Origin: a bacterium
GTDB lineage: Bacteria > Bacillota_I > Bacilli_A > RFN20 > CAG-826
Length of the DNA stretch: 64,000 nucleotides
Reading direction: 5' to 3'
Assembly: GCA_963638555.1 (NCBI GenBank)
Contig: CAVHQU010000001.1
Location: 26,317 to 90,316 of the forward strand
Shown: positions 10,503 to 20,450 of the stretch, one piece after another
Layout: each line of letters begins with the position of its first letter
Position numbering within the stretch: the stretch's first letter is position 1
Notes under the pieces: model-generated
What the model saw: the letters and a program-made list of their open reading frames with translations, nothing else
The model's database searches: none
What the model was told of the DNA's origin: nothing
Made by a program: the position numbers and the translations under genes

Positions 10503-11897
10503 TTATTTTTTCAAAAAGGAAGATATATAACCATATGTTTTTGATTGAATGCAATTGGATGTGTTGGTTGCTTCAAAGGCTTCTTTCAATTCATCGTAGG
10601 TTGAGGTTGCTAGGTTTACTTTCGTCTTGCCATCCCAAAGATTTAAACGTTCTGTATATAAAGACCAACTCGTATCCCACCAACCAGTTACTGCCGCTTT
10701 ATAAGTCCACATAGTCCATGAATAACCACGTTTTTCATAAATAGATAATTGGGAATTCCACGCTTCTTCATCATCAAAGAAAGTAAATTCAGAAACAGAA
10801 TATGGCACATCATACTCATGACCCCAAATATGCACTTCATGATATGAATTGAAAAGCCAATAAGGAACTATCTCATGGTTCCAATTATACAAATGGGTGT
10901 CATATTGAATATTTTCCCAACCATATTTATCAGGATCAGAAAAGCAATCAAAGGACCAGACTCCTTCAATATTAATTACGTGTTCATCGCCAACTGATCT
11001 TATCCCTTGGTATATTTTATCGAATACAGGCCCGCATACTTCAGGAACGGTTCCAGCGTCTTTGTTATCGTAATATGCACAAGGTTCATTAAGAAGATCG
11101 TATGTAGCAATAGCCTTTCCTAAATCAGGCCTTGTATATGTATAGTGTTCAGCGACATATTTCCAAAGATCGACTGTAGCATCCTGATAAATTTCATTTT
11201 TCCATAAATCAGCTTTGCTCATATCTCCACAATGCTCGTATCCATTTTGCCCGCCTGGAGCACCATGCAAATCAAGAACGCAATAGAGATTATATTTTTG
11301 ACAATTGGCAATGAATGAGTCGATATACGAAAAAGCTTCATTTTCTTCTTTTCTTGTAAAGGTTCCATTTTCTTCATTTAGAATATTTCTCCAATAAAAG
11401 GGGAGACGTATGGTGTTTAATCCTAAATCTTCGATGTTTTTGAAATCGATTTCAGAAAACCAATTTTCTCTATAAATATCAATAAGTTCTCTTCTTTGAG
11501 AATCATTAAGATTTGGGTTTGAATAATAACCTTTTATAGCCTCTTCCATTGGGAGTTCTGGATAAGTCGTTAAATTATTTTCATCAATGATTTGATTTCC
11601 ATTTTCATCAAGGCATTCACCAACAGAAAACGGAGAAATCCATCCTTCTGATATTAAAAGGTTTCCAGCATTCACGCCTTGCAGAACCAGTCTATTTCCG
11701 TTTTTATCATATAAGGAGTTTCCATCAGCATAAACGAGCCCATTTCTATGAGAGATTTTAGATTTTCCACCACTTAAAGTAATCGAACGATTATTTGTCA
11801 TCGTTGCAACCACGCCCAAAAAGCCTGCGGGCAATATCAGTAAAGCTCCAAAAACAGACAAAGAAATAATCAAAAACTTCTTCTTTTTAGGTTTCAT
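10503..11897 (-). CDS. Glycoside hydrolase family 5 (cellulase/mannanase-type), N-terminal signal anchor
   Basis: LDLHGAPGGQNG and LLNEP (the acid/base Glu in the NEP motif). NTIRLPFYW. Hydrophobic N-terminal segment after a Lys-rich start. Confidence 0.8.
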   Translation of the reverse strand: MKPKKKKFLIISLSVFGALLILPAGFLGVVATMTNNRSITLSGGKSKISHRNGLVYADGNSLYDKNGNRLVLQGVNAGNLLISEGWISPFSVGECLDENGNQIIDENNLTTYPELPMEEAIKGYYSNPNLNDSQRRELIDIYRENWFSEIDFKNIEDLGLNTIRLPFYWRNILNEENGTFTRKEENEAFSYIDSFIANCQKYNLYCVLDLHGAPGGQNGYEHCGDMSKADLWKNEIYQDATVDLWKYVAEHYTYTRPDLGKAIATYDLLNEPCAYYDNKDAGTVPEVCGPVFDKIYQGIRSVGDEHVINIEGVWSFDCFSDPDKYGWENIQYDTHLYNWNHEIVPYWLFNSYHEVHIWGHEYDVPYSVSEFTFFDDEEAWNSQLSIYEKRGYSWTMWTYKAAVTGWWDTSWSLYTERLNLWDGKTKVNLATSTYDELKEAFEATNTSNCIQSKTYGYISSFLKK

Positions 11898-11999
11898 AAA
11901 ATATGTTTATCGACAAGTTGATTATAAACTTTACCCATGAAACTTTGCAAATAAAAAAGGCCAATCTTTAAGACTGACCTAATTTAATTGTTAAGAAAT

Positions 12000-13124
12000 C
12001 TATCCTGGGAAACCGCCACCGCCTGGGAAACCGCCACCTTGTGATGATGTGCCTTTTCCAGCTGTGCTTGCTGCAATTTCAACTTTGCTAGAAACAACAC
12101 TCTTTGCATAAACTGTTCCATCAGCAGTAATAGATGCTTCGATGTAATAAGTTGATCCTGTAACAAGATCAGTTGTTGCGGTTGCTGTATCAACAACTTC
12201 TAATCCAAGTGTATTGTTAACTGTTGTTCTACCGAACATCGTTGTTTCAGTATAAGTTAATGTGTCTGTCTTAATTGGAGTTGTTGCAGTGGTCGAATCA
12301 TAAACATTGATAGTAAATGCTGTATTCTTATAGAAATCAGAATAATTTGTTAATGTAACCAAGATACCACCTGCAGTTGGAACTTCAGCTGTGATGGTTG
12401 GAGTTGCATATTCACCATGTAAGATTTTCACATCAGAAGTTGCAATAGCACTATCTTTAATATGATTGTCATCGCCTAAGGCTTGGACGGTGAAAGCAAA
12501 ATAGTTTGGTTCAAATTCAGAAGCAACAGAATCTGTTAACTTATATGAAACTTTTTCTGACGTTGAAGCAGGAACTTTGAAGTTTGTAAGAAGACTATCT
12601 TCGGAAATTGTTCCTTTTGCATCGGATTTATAAGCAAATACGTTGTAATTTGTTGCGTGCAAATCGCCAGTAAAGGAAATTGTCATATTGTCCCAATCAA
12701 ATTCAATATCTTTTGGTGTTGCTAAGGTAAGATCGTCTTCGCGGATTGTGTAGCTGATAGCTTCAGAACCATTTGAGGAATTGTAACTAACACCATCGCC
12801 AACTGCAACGACTTGAATCTTATATGTTCCGCCATCTAAAGGTGTAGGAAGTTCGATTTGAGTGGTTGTACCAGTGGTGACTTTAGCTTTAGAATCACCA
12901 TCTTTGTAAACGTAGACTTGGTAGCCTGATGCATTTTCAACAGCATCAAATGTTACATAGTCATCTTCGCTTGACCAGTCATCATCACCCGTATGAAGAG
13001 TGACGTTGGTTGGAGCATCAAGTAATTTTCTTGCAACCTTCTCTGTTGTCGTTTCACCACATGAGGCTAAGAGGGCAGAAGCAGAGAGAAGAGTTACATA
13101 TCTAAGTGTTTTTTTAGATTTCAT
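12000..13124 (-). CDS. Lipoprotein with Fn3/Ig-like repeats, Gly-rich C-terminus
   Basis: Lipobox LLASCG after MKSKKTLRYVTLLSASA. Repetitive beta-rich sequence. Ends SSQGGGFPGGGGFPG. Confidence 0.6.
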   Translation of the reverse strand: MKSKKTLRYVTLLSASALLASCGETTTEKVARKLLDAPTNVTLHTGDDDWSSEDDYVTFDAVENASGYQVYVYKDGDSKAKVTTGTTTQIELPTPLDGGTYKIQVVAVGDGVSYNSSNGSEAISYTIREDDLTLATPKDIEFDWDNMTISFTGDLHATNYNVFAYKSDAKGTISEDSLLTNFKVPASTSEKVSYKLTDSVASEFEPNYFAFTVQALGDDNHIKDSAIATSDVKILHGEYATPTITAEVPTAGGILVTLTNYSDFYKNTAFTINVYDSTTATTPIKTDTLTYTETTMFGRTTVNNTLGLEVVDTATATTDLVTGSTYYIEASITADGTVYAKSVVSSKVEIAASTAGKGTSSQGGGFPGGGGFPG

Positions 13125-13137
13125 TTTGTTTTTTCTC

Positions 13138-14766
13138 CTAGAAAATAAGTGTCAATAAGAGAAGCGTGGCAAGGACGATATGTCCAACCTTTATCTCTTT
13201 GAAGTGGAAACGAATAACCTTGAGGACAACATCGGAGATAACTCCAACAGCGATTGCGACAACGAAATTCATTGTGAAACCTGCAATGAGAATTGCAAAG
13301 AGTGATGGCAAAAATTCTCCCATATCATTCCAATTGACATCTTTGATTTTGCTAAATGCAAACAATCCAGCGATAAGAACGATAGCATAGATGACCATAC
13401 CGTTGATAAATAAGCCTGAGAAGACAAATGTAAATGCGGATACGATCACGATAATGCCTGCAACAATTGAGGTTAAACCAGTTCTTCCGCCTTCTTTTGA
13501 TGAAACAAGCGATTCAGGACGTGCAGTGATAGTAGGAACACCAAAGAATGCACCAACTAAAGAGGCAAGAGCGTCTAAACTATAGACGTTTGCATAGTTG
13601 CCAACAGGTCCAAATAAATCAGAATCTCTGTAGATAGCATATTCGCCGTTTTCGTCTTTTTCATCAGCAATGGCTGCGTGAGCTTGCATGACTGATCCAG
13701 TTTCGGAAATGCCAATCATTAAGAATGACATGAAAGTCGTAAAGAAGATTGAGAAGACTGACAATCCAGCGTTACTGCCTTCTGGAAGAGTCGCCATATA
13801 AGCGGAGAAGTCAAATCCAGATTTGAAGATAGCGCCAAGATATGAGTTGGAGATCGTTCTCCAAGACATTGTTGAGGATTGGGTATAGTAATATGAACCA
13901 CCATATGATGGGGTTAAGAACGAGAAGAAATAATAGTCACGGAAGTTTCCTCTGATGAGCCAGCAAAGGACATAGATTAACAAGCCAATGCCAAAGGCAT
14001 CAATGAGAGGATGCTTGAAACTCCAATTCTTGATTTTGATATTTGCTAAAACGACATAAATTAATAATGTCACAAAGCAAATAATGACAGACATATAGCT
14101 GTAATAATATGTGCTATCGGAGAAATCCAAATTAAGAGTGACGTAAGTGAGTGAATCTCTAGGGATCGAGTCACCTGCGCTCATCTTAGAATTTAAGATT
14201 GAAGCAATGTTGAATTCGTTAACGTTTAAGATTCCAAGTTGGATGAGAACGTAAACGATTAGCATCAAGCCAACCATGGCGGGCATCGCTTTCTTTATGC
14301 TTGTCGGAACGGCTTTAAGAATAAAATTTCTTGTGAGAGGGATAGCCATGACAATTAAGTAAACAATGTTTGAAACAAATGAGATGGCAATGACGTTCCA
14401 ATAAGTTAATCCCGAATGAGCACCCATTATGGAAATTATCAAAGAAACGACGCCTAAACTCACTGAATGAGTAAGAGGAACGTTAGTGATAAGGCCAATG
14501 AGGATGCTGCTAATGCCAGAGATTAACGCAATGATGAAATAAAGCGTGTAGCCAAACGAATCTTCCGTTGTCAATCCGGCCTTTCCAGACAGGAGAGTTG
14601 CTAAGATAACCGAGGTACAAGTAAGAGCAAAACCAGCTAAGATACCAGCGAAAAGTTCAGTTTTTGTATTTGTCTTTCTTTTGCTAAAAAGGAATATGGA
14701 GTCAAAGAATCGATACACGGGGTTCTTCTTTTTCTCCTTGATGGTGATTTCTGTGTTATTTTCCAT
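13138..14766 (-). CDS. Polytopic membrane permease, NCS2/AzgA-PbuG-like
   Basis: TELFAGILAGFALTCTSVILATL and AIPLTRNFILKAVPTSIKKAMPAMVGLMLIV resemble the N-terminal and TM segments of AzgA/PbuG purine permeases, but the protein is longer (542 aa). RBS GGAGAAAGG. Confidence 0.5.
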   Translation of the reverse strand: MENNTEITIKEKKKNPVYRFFDSIFLFSKRKTNTKTELFAGILAGFALTCTSVILATLLSGKAGLTTEDSFGYTLYFIIALISGISSILIGLITNVPLTHSVSLGVVSLIISIMGAHSGLTYWNVIAISFVSNIVYLIVMAIPLTRNFILKAVPTSIKKAMPAMVGLMLIVYVLIQLGILNVNEFNIASILNSKMSAGDSIPRDSLTYVTLNLDFSDSTYYYSYMSVIICFVTLLIYVVLANIKIKNWSFKHPLIDAFGIGLLIYVLCWLIRGNFRDYYFFSFLTPSYGGSYYYTQSSTMSWRTISNSYLGAIFKSGFDFSAYMATLPEGSNAGLSVFSIFFTTFMSFLMIGISETGSVMQAHAAIADEKDENGEYAIYRDSDLFGPVGNYANVYSLDALASLVGAFFGVPTITARPESLVSSKEGGRTGLTSIVAGIIVIVSAFTFVFSGLFINGMVIYAIVLIAGLFAFSKIKDVNWNDMGEFLPSLFAILIAGFTMNFVVAIAVGVISDVVLKVIRFHFKEIKVGHIVLATLLLLTLIF

Positions 14767-14820
14767 ATAACGCCTTTCTCCTAAAGGGAGATCGTTCTCC
14801 CCCTAGGTTTTTAATAGTTT

Positions 14821-17800
14821 TTATTCAGCTTTTTCTTTGCGTTTCTTTGAACCAAAGTAGATTCCGACGCCAAGCCCAACTACCACGACTCCACCGATAA
14901 GCGAACCGACAATGATGCCGGTGTTATCCGAACCAACTGTTGTTTCTTTGATGATCGTATCTGTTTGTCCCGTTAAATTAGAGACATCCATTTCGTCATA
15001 GTTATAGGATTCGCCCATAGTCCAATCAGATCCATCAAAGACTGTAGCTTTGCAAATGATGTGCGTATCGTAATAAAGTCTCGTCTTGGCAACTTCTCTT
15101 AATTGATATGCGCCATAGTAATCGTTTATTGTGTTCATATCGCATGCAGTTCCTGAATTGTAAGAGGAAACAGCAAAGATAGAACCATCGTTCATTTCGG
15201 CATCAGACACCTTATCGAGTGCATTGCTCCAAAGAAGACATGCAACGCCAGAGAAGGTCGCTTTGACTTCGCCAGAATATGTGACACCATCCATACCATC
15301 AGAGATGATAAGTCCATGCCAGTCATATTCTTCACGAACAATGCCGGTGTATAAGCCACGGTTTGCCCATGTGATACCAATTCTGTTAAGGGAGGCCATC
15401 ATACCAGACATTGGGGCGATCTTCGATTTCATTGATCCTTCCCAAGCACGGATATAGATTTCACGGATAGCTTGTTCAGAGCAGAAATCCATTTGTCCAG
15501 AACGTCCGCCATCAAGGTCGTTTAACATGAAGTGTTTATTGAACGTGCCAACGCCTTCGGATTGAATGCCAGCAGTTTCAGCAATACACATTTGTCCAGC
15601 AAGGAAGCCATCTTCTGAATAATATTCGAAGTTACGACCACCAAATGGTGAACGGTGTGTATTCATAGCAGGTCCGAAGCACGAATCTTCGCCGATTCTA
15701 ACACATTGTTTGCCATAAGCTTGGCCAACTCTTTCGATGAGTTCTCTATTCCATGTTGAAGCCATGACAACTTCAGATGCCCACCATGTGCAATCATCTT
15801 GGTTGCCCGTTCCAGCTTCACCTGGGCCATCAGCCGCACTCTTTTGGGCTAAGCCCATGGAATCAAATCCACCAAGATATGACGTGCCTTGGATTTTAGC
15901 ATAATCCGCCCAAGAACCCTGATCAACCCAGTTATCCCAACGTGCATCTGTATAAGGAATTTCATCCCATCCATATGACGTTTTTGGGTCTGTATCGGTC
16001 GTTATTGCATCGCTTGAAGAGATTTCATTACCTCTTACGAAACGTGTGTCTGGAGTGTATTTAGTTGTAGATTTTCCAACATTGGCGACTGCATCCTTGT
16101 AGGATTGGTCGTTATTGTCTTTGCCCCAATAGTTGCAAGTGTTTCCAACAAACTCCGTTGAAGATGCAAAACCATAGTTATAGGTGCATTCTTTTGTTGT
16201 ATCTTGATATGGGACTTTGTATGTGACAGTTGTGCTTGAACGTTTATCAGAAACTTGAGCCTTTCCTGTCGTATCAGATGGGAGAGCACGGGTTGCGCCA
16301 TACACTTCATCTTCTCTTCCACCCTTTTCATATCCAGTTGCACCTTTATTCGCAATAGTATCCCAATCAGAAGAGATTGTTGAACGGTGCATATAAATCA
16401 TGCCTGTGCCATCTGTGGCGTTAACATCATTTAATTTATTGTATGCTTGAGTTGCATCTTGGTCTCTCTTGCCATCTGCTTCATCGGTATAAATGATATC
16501 TTTAGCGACAGTTGTCTTAATAGGATCAGTCATTTGAGTATGAGAATCTTTTTGAAGACGAACTTCATATTCACCAGATTCAAGAACGAATCCGCCCCAT
16601 TTTGGATTGCCAGCATGATCAGTTCCGCTTGCGGTTGCTTTGTATCCCAAGTAATCGTAGGAAGCAATATCATCGGTGTTAAAGGTGATTGTGACATTGC
16701 CATCTTCACCCGGTTTTAAACGACCGGTTTTTGCAAATCCAGCAAGGGTGACTTCTGCTTTATCAATGCCACCTTTGTTGTATGGTGCGTGAATATACAA
16801 TTCAACGACATCCTTACCAGCATAATCGCCAGTATTCTTAACATTGACGACAACCGTGTTTGTTCCGCCTTTTTCAAGTTTTACATCGCTAGAAACAATT
16901 GTCCAATCGAACGTGGTATAGCTTAAACCACCACCAAATGGCATAACAATGAGATCATCGTAGTCATTCTTGAAATCATACGTTTTTGCTTCTTCAGCAA
17001 TAGAACCATCTTTTGCGTAACGTGGTGTTCCCGTTACTTTAACTCCATCGGCATAAGCTGTTTCATACCAACGATAACCAACAAAGATATTTTCTTCATA
17101 TTGATTGTAGTTAGGAGAACCACCCCAGTTTCCACCGAAGCCATTTGAATAAGAAGAGCCACCATTGTTATAGAATACAGGCATGGAATAGAAATCAGAC
17201 ATCCATGTATCGGAAGTTCTGCCGGATGGAGAGAGTTGTTTTCCGGCAGAATCTTTTCCTCTAAGAACGTTGCCAACACCGATAAGGCCAGCTTCACCAG
17301 GCCCGCCAATCCAAAGACATGCATCGGAATATTGGAGATATTCACCGATTGTCATGACGTTTGAAGAGTTGATGAGAACGACAATCTTTTTATAGCCGAG
17401 TTCTTCTTTTAAATATTTAAGAAGATCAAGTTCGTTTTGTGTTGGGTCAAGATATGTCCTATCGTATTCACCAGCTTGGGTACCATTTGTATCAATGGTG
17501 TGAGAATCCATGTGTTGAGGAAGTTCAGCGCCTTCGTGGCCTTGTCTGCCAAATGTTACGACAGCGATATTGTCCGTTGGATTTGCGACATCTTTAGACT
17601 TACGATAGGTTTCGACTGGTAATTCTGGGACATTATAGGATTGTCCGTTGATAATTGTGCCACCATTATCGGAAACCCACGATTCTTGGACAAGGTTTCC
17701 ACCATTTGGATCACCCATCCAGTTCCAAAGTTTTTCATTAACTTTAAATCCGGCAAGTTCAAATGCTTCCTTTTCGAACATGCATTTGGAATCCCATTTG

Positions 17801-18096
17801 CCTTTGCCAGAACCGCCACCGCCATGGATTATGTTGTAACCAACGTAACCATACAAATCCAAACCGGTGCCACTGTTTAATGGAAGAGCGTTGTTTTTGT
17901 TTTGGAAAAGAACAGATCCCTCTTCTTCGAGTTCGGTATCGAGTTTGACACCTTCTTCGTAAAGAGTTTGCACGTCATAGCCATCTGCTGCGTAAGTAAC
18001 GCTCGGGGATGAGATGGAGGCTGCAAACACAGCCGCGATTGCCCCAGCACTTGCTAAGATGGTCATGCCGCATTTAACTAATTTTTTCTTTTTCAT
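14821..18096 (-). CDS. Glycoside hydrolase family 3, domain-permuted (C-terminal-type domain first, catalytic domain last), signal peptide and C-terminal TM anchor
   Basis: N-terminal part LFQNKNNALPL...IHGGGGSGKG matches the GH3 C-domain. The GH3 catalytic motif GGRNFEYYSEDGFLAG and nucleophile region LIISDGMDG lie near the C-terminus. Ends in hydrophobic helix GIIVGSLIGGVVVVGLGVGIYFGSKKRKEKAE. Confidence 0.8.
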   Translation of the reverse strand: MKKKKLVKCGMTILASAGAIAAVFAASISSPSVTYAADGYDVQTLYEEGVKLDTELEEEGSVLFQNKNNALPLNSGTGLDLYGYVGYNIIHGGGGSGKGKWDSKCMFEKEAFELAGFKVNEKLWNWMGDPNGGNLVQESWVSDNGGTIINGQSYNVPELPVETYRKSKDVANPTDNIAVVTFGRQGHEGAELPQHMDSHTIDTNGTQAGEYDRTYLDPTQNELDLLKYLKEELGYKKIVVLINSSNVMTIGEYLQYSDACLWIGGPGEAGLIGVGNVLRGKDSAGKQLSPSGRTSDTWMSDFYSMPVFYNNGGSSYSNGFGGNWGGSPNYNQYEENIFVGYRWYETAYADGVKVTGTPRYAKDGSIAEEAKTYDFKNDYDDLIVMPFGGGLSYTTFDWTIVSSDVKLEKGGTNTVVVNVKNTGDYAGKDVVELYIHAPYNKGGIDKAEVTLAGFAKTGRLKPGEDGNVTITFNTDDIASYDYLGYKATASGTDHAGNPKWGGFVLESGEYEVRLQKDSHTQMTDPIKTTVAKDIIYTDEADGKRDQDATQAYNKLNDVNATDGTGMIYMHRSTISSDWDTIANKGATGYEKGGREDEVYGATRALPSDTTGKAQVSDKRSSTTVTYKVPYQDTTKECTYNYGFASSTEFVGNTCNYWGKDNNDQSYKDAVANVGKSTTKYTPDTRFVRGNEISSSDAITTDTDPKTSYGWDEIPYTDARWDNWVDQGSWADYAKIQGTSYLGGFDSMGLAQKSAADGPGEAGTGNQDDCTWWASEVVMASTWNRELIERVGQAYGKQCVRIGEDSCFGPAMNTHRSPFGGRNFEYYSEDGFLAGQMCIAETAGIQSEGVGTFNKHFMLNDLDGGRSGQMDFCSEQAIREIYIRAWEGSMKSKIAPMSGMMASLNRIGITWANRGLYTGIVREEYDWHGLIISDGMDGVTYSGEVKATFSGVACLLWSNALDKVSDAEMNDGSIFAVSSYNSGTACDMNTINDYYGAYQLREVAKTRLYYDTHIICKATVFDGSDWTMGESYNYDEMDVSNLTGQTDTIIKETTVGSDNTGIIVGSLIGGVVVVGLGVGIYFGSKKRKEKAE

Positions 18097-18260
18097 AATT
18101 TCCTCCTTGAAATAATTAGTAAGCTTTATTCCGAACTGCTTAATCGGCTAAGTAAGCCCTTACATGAAAGACTGGCTTAAATGTGAGTCGAACAATAAAT
18201 GCGTTGCTTAACTCGGTTGGCAATACTCTAAAACAAAACAAAATGAAAATGTTGTGCTCG

Positions 18261-18337
18261 GGAATGAAACGACCTTTTTTGGGAATGAAACGACTATCGA
18301 AAAGGAATGAAACGACCTTTTTTAGGAATGAAATGAT
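18261..18337 (+). promoter_or_regulatory. Array of four direct repeats GGAATGAAACGAC(C) at 21-22 bp spacing (LytTR-type binding-site architecture) upstream of the kinase gene
   Basis: Repeats start at 18261, 18282, 18304 and 18326 (last copy GGAATGAAATGA), with a degenerate fifth at about 18344. Each is followed by a T-run. TATAAT at 18371-18376 lies just before the ORF. Confidence 0.5.
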
Positions 18338-18382
18338 TTTTAGGCTAATGAAAGAGGTTTCATAAGCCTTTATAATATTGAT

Positions 18383-19717
18383 ATGGATTTTTTACGTTAC
18401 TTCATCGATTTCTACATCAATCTTGTTAGAGGCTATTCTTATCCAATTACAGAAATTTTCATGTATTTAGGAATCGTTGCTCTATTCTTTAGAAAGAGAA
18501 AACATAAAATTAGATATCTTTTGTACATATTTGATGCGGTATGCATATGGTTAGCAGGCCTCATCTTAACCTCTTTTATATATTGGGGCTGTTCATTCAA
18601 AGAAACATACACGATTGAAGTTGTTTTGCCTTTGTTGATAGTTGGTTATGCCTTCATGAGAGGAGAATGTTCCCTAATTTTACGCTTTATATATGGTTTT
18701 ATTTATTATGCAGTTTTGTCTTCTTCTTTGGTCATATCTTCGTATTTCGGATCATTAATTTATTCAGCTGGAGTTTCTATCAGCAATTTCCCCTTAACAT
18801 TAGTTGTTCAAATTTTATTGATAGTTACCACAGTTCTCGTTTTAAGAATACCTAAAATAGAAGACTTCGATGATACCAATGTCGTTTATTCGTACGTCGT
18901 TTTACTAATTCCAATCATTCATCTTATTGTTATTTATAGTGTTAAGTTTGTAGATTCTGATCCATCTTTGCAAAAGACAATCTATAACTTAGCCTTTGTT
19001 ATGCTGGAGTATATCGTGTACATCTTCTACTATTTCATAATGAAGGAACATCACCACAATTATGAGTTACAAGCTTTAGCGATTAAAAAACAGCAAGATG
19101 TCGCCTTAACGCATATGGCAAAAGACAATGCCGCCCTCCTTTCAAAAGTACGTCATGACATGAAAAACCATCTTGCATATATGGGCACTTTGTTAAAAGA
19201 GAAGAAATACGATGAACTCGATTCTTATTTCGCTCAATACTCAACTGAGATATATGATGCAGTCAAATTTTCTAATTGTGGTAATTCATCGGTTGATTAC
19301 ATGTTGAATATCGAAATACAAAACGCTAAGAGGCATAATGTTGTTTTAACATATTTAGTTTCTGTCGCACCAACTTTGCCGATTAAGAGCACGGATTTGA
19401 CCTCTTTGTTAATGAATGCTTTGGATAATGCGATTGAAGCTGCATCAAAATCGGAAGAGAAGAAAGTTAACTTCTCCATGAGGCAAGAAGGAATGTCCAT
19501 CTTGATAAAAGTCAGCAATAGCATTAGCAAAGGTTCAAAGATAGATTTCAGAAAGACAAGTAAACGTTCCTTAGGGCATGGCTATGGAATAAAGATCATG
19601 AATGACGTGGCCGAAAAGTATGGCGGAGCGTTTAGTATTAAAAAAGAGGATGAGTCTAACGTAACCCTCACTTGTATGCTATCTTTATATAACAAGGAGG
19701 AAGAAAATGGCAAATAA
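18383..19717 (+). CDS. Sensor histidine kinase, HPK10 (AgrC/ComD/PlnB-like) family
   Basis: Six or seven N-terminal TM helices. H-box VRHDMKNHL, N-box LMNALDNAIEA, G-box GHGYG. Overlaps the next gene by 11 nt. The true start may be a downstream ATG because a -10 box sits 7 nt upstream. Confidence 0.8.
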   Translation: MDFLRYFIDFYINLVRGYSYPITEIFMYLGIVALFFRKRKHKIRYLLYIFDAVCIWLAGLILTSFIYWGCSFKETYTIEVVLPLLIVGYAFMRGECSLILRFIYGFIYYAVLSSSLVISSYFGSLIYSAGVSISNFPLTLVVQILLIVTTVLVLRIPKIEDFDDTNVVYSYVVLLIPIIHLIVIYSVKFVDSDPSLQKTIYNLAFVMLEYIVYIFYYFIMKEHHHNYELQALAIKKQQDVALTHMAKDNAALLSKVRHDMKNHLAYMGTLLKEKKYDELDSYFAQYSTEIYDAVKFSNCGNSSVDYMLNIEIQNAKRHNVVLTYLVSVAPTLPIKSTDLTSLLMNALDNAIEAASKSEEKKVNFSMRQEGMSILIKVSNSISKGSKIDFRKTSKRSLGHGYGIKIMNDVAEKYGGAFSIKKEDESNVTLTCMLSLYNKEEENGK

Positions 19718-20450
19718 AATCGTTATTGCAATTTGCGATGATGAAAGAGAAATTCTCAATATCATCTCTTCTTCTGTCTCTATTGCTTTTACAAATAAAC
19801 ATATTAATATGGAGATTCTCACATACACGGATCCCTTCTTTTTGAAAGATGACCTTTCAAATAAGAATATTTCTTTGATATTTTTGGACATCGATATGCC
19901 TGGCTTAAGCGGAATTCAACTTGCTAAATACATTAATGACATGAACCTTGAGATCGACTTCATTTTCGTTTCAAACCGTGAAGATTTAGTTTTTGAATCA
20001 TTGAAAACAAGACCTTTTGGATTTGTCAGAAAATCCGCTTTCTTATCAGATATCACACCGATAATAGATACTTACATCAAAACAAAATTTCATAACGAGG
20101 ATGCAGGTATCTTGGTAAAAACAAAAAATGGCAGAGAGAGTGTTGCTTTAAATGACATCACCTACATTGAAGCAATAGGTAAATCTCAGTTCATTCATCT
20201 TAAAAGTGATCCTAACAAAGCAGCAGAGGTTCACTCATCTCTTTCAACATTGCAGGAATCTTTGAAAAGTAAAAACTTCATTAGAGTATCTAAAGGCTTT
20301 ATCGTTTCTCTTAGATATGTTAAGGCAATTAACTGCGATGAAGTTCTTTTAAGCACAGGAGAAAAGATTATCATTTCAAAGATATATAGTCATGATGTTA
20401 GAATGGCTTATATGGATTATCTCCAACAACTTGAATCAGTTATTTTATGA
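19707..20450 (+). CDS. Response regulator, receiver + LytTR DNA-binding domain
   Basis: Receiver IAICDDE...FLDIDMPGLSG. LytTR domain ITYIEAIGKSQFIHLKSD...FIRVSKGFIVSLRYV. RBS AAGGAGGAAGAAAATG. Confidence 0.85.
   Translation: MANKIVIAICDDEREILNIISSSVSIAFTNKHINMEILTYTDPFFLKDDLSNKNISLIFLDIDMPGLSGIQLAKYINDMNLEIDFIFVSNREDLVFESLKTRPFGFVRKSAFLSDITPIIDTYIKTKFHNEDAGILVKTKNGRESVALNDITYIEAIGKSQFIHLKSDPNKAAEVHSSLSTLQESLKSKNFIRVSKGFIVSLRYVKAINCDEVLLSTGEKIIISKIYSHDVRMAYMDYLQQLESVIL

Noticed and set aside
10447-10554. Long N-terminal extension of gpsA overlapping the GH5 gene
   Set aside because: The conserved MKICVLGSG N-terminus with an RBS begins at 10446. The extension would overlap the GH5 gene by 50 bp.
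18261-18337. Possible CRISPR array
   Set aside because: Only four or five copies of a 13-14 bp unit with 7-9 bp spacers. Real CRISPR repeats are 24-48 bp with 26-72 bp unique spacers, and there are no cas genes.
18183-18365. 60-aa ORF (GTG start) upstream of the kinase gene, considered as a possible pheromone precursor
   Set aside because: Its sequence is just the translated repeat array (GMKRPFLGMKRLSKRNETTFF...). It has no RBS or leader-peptide features and no AgrB/ComAB partner.
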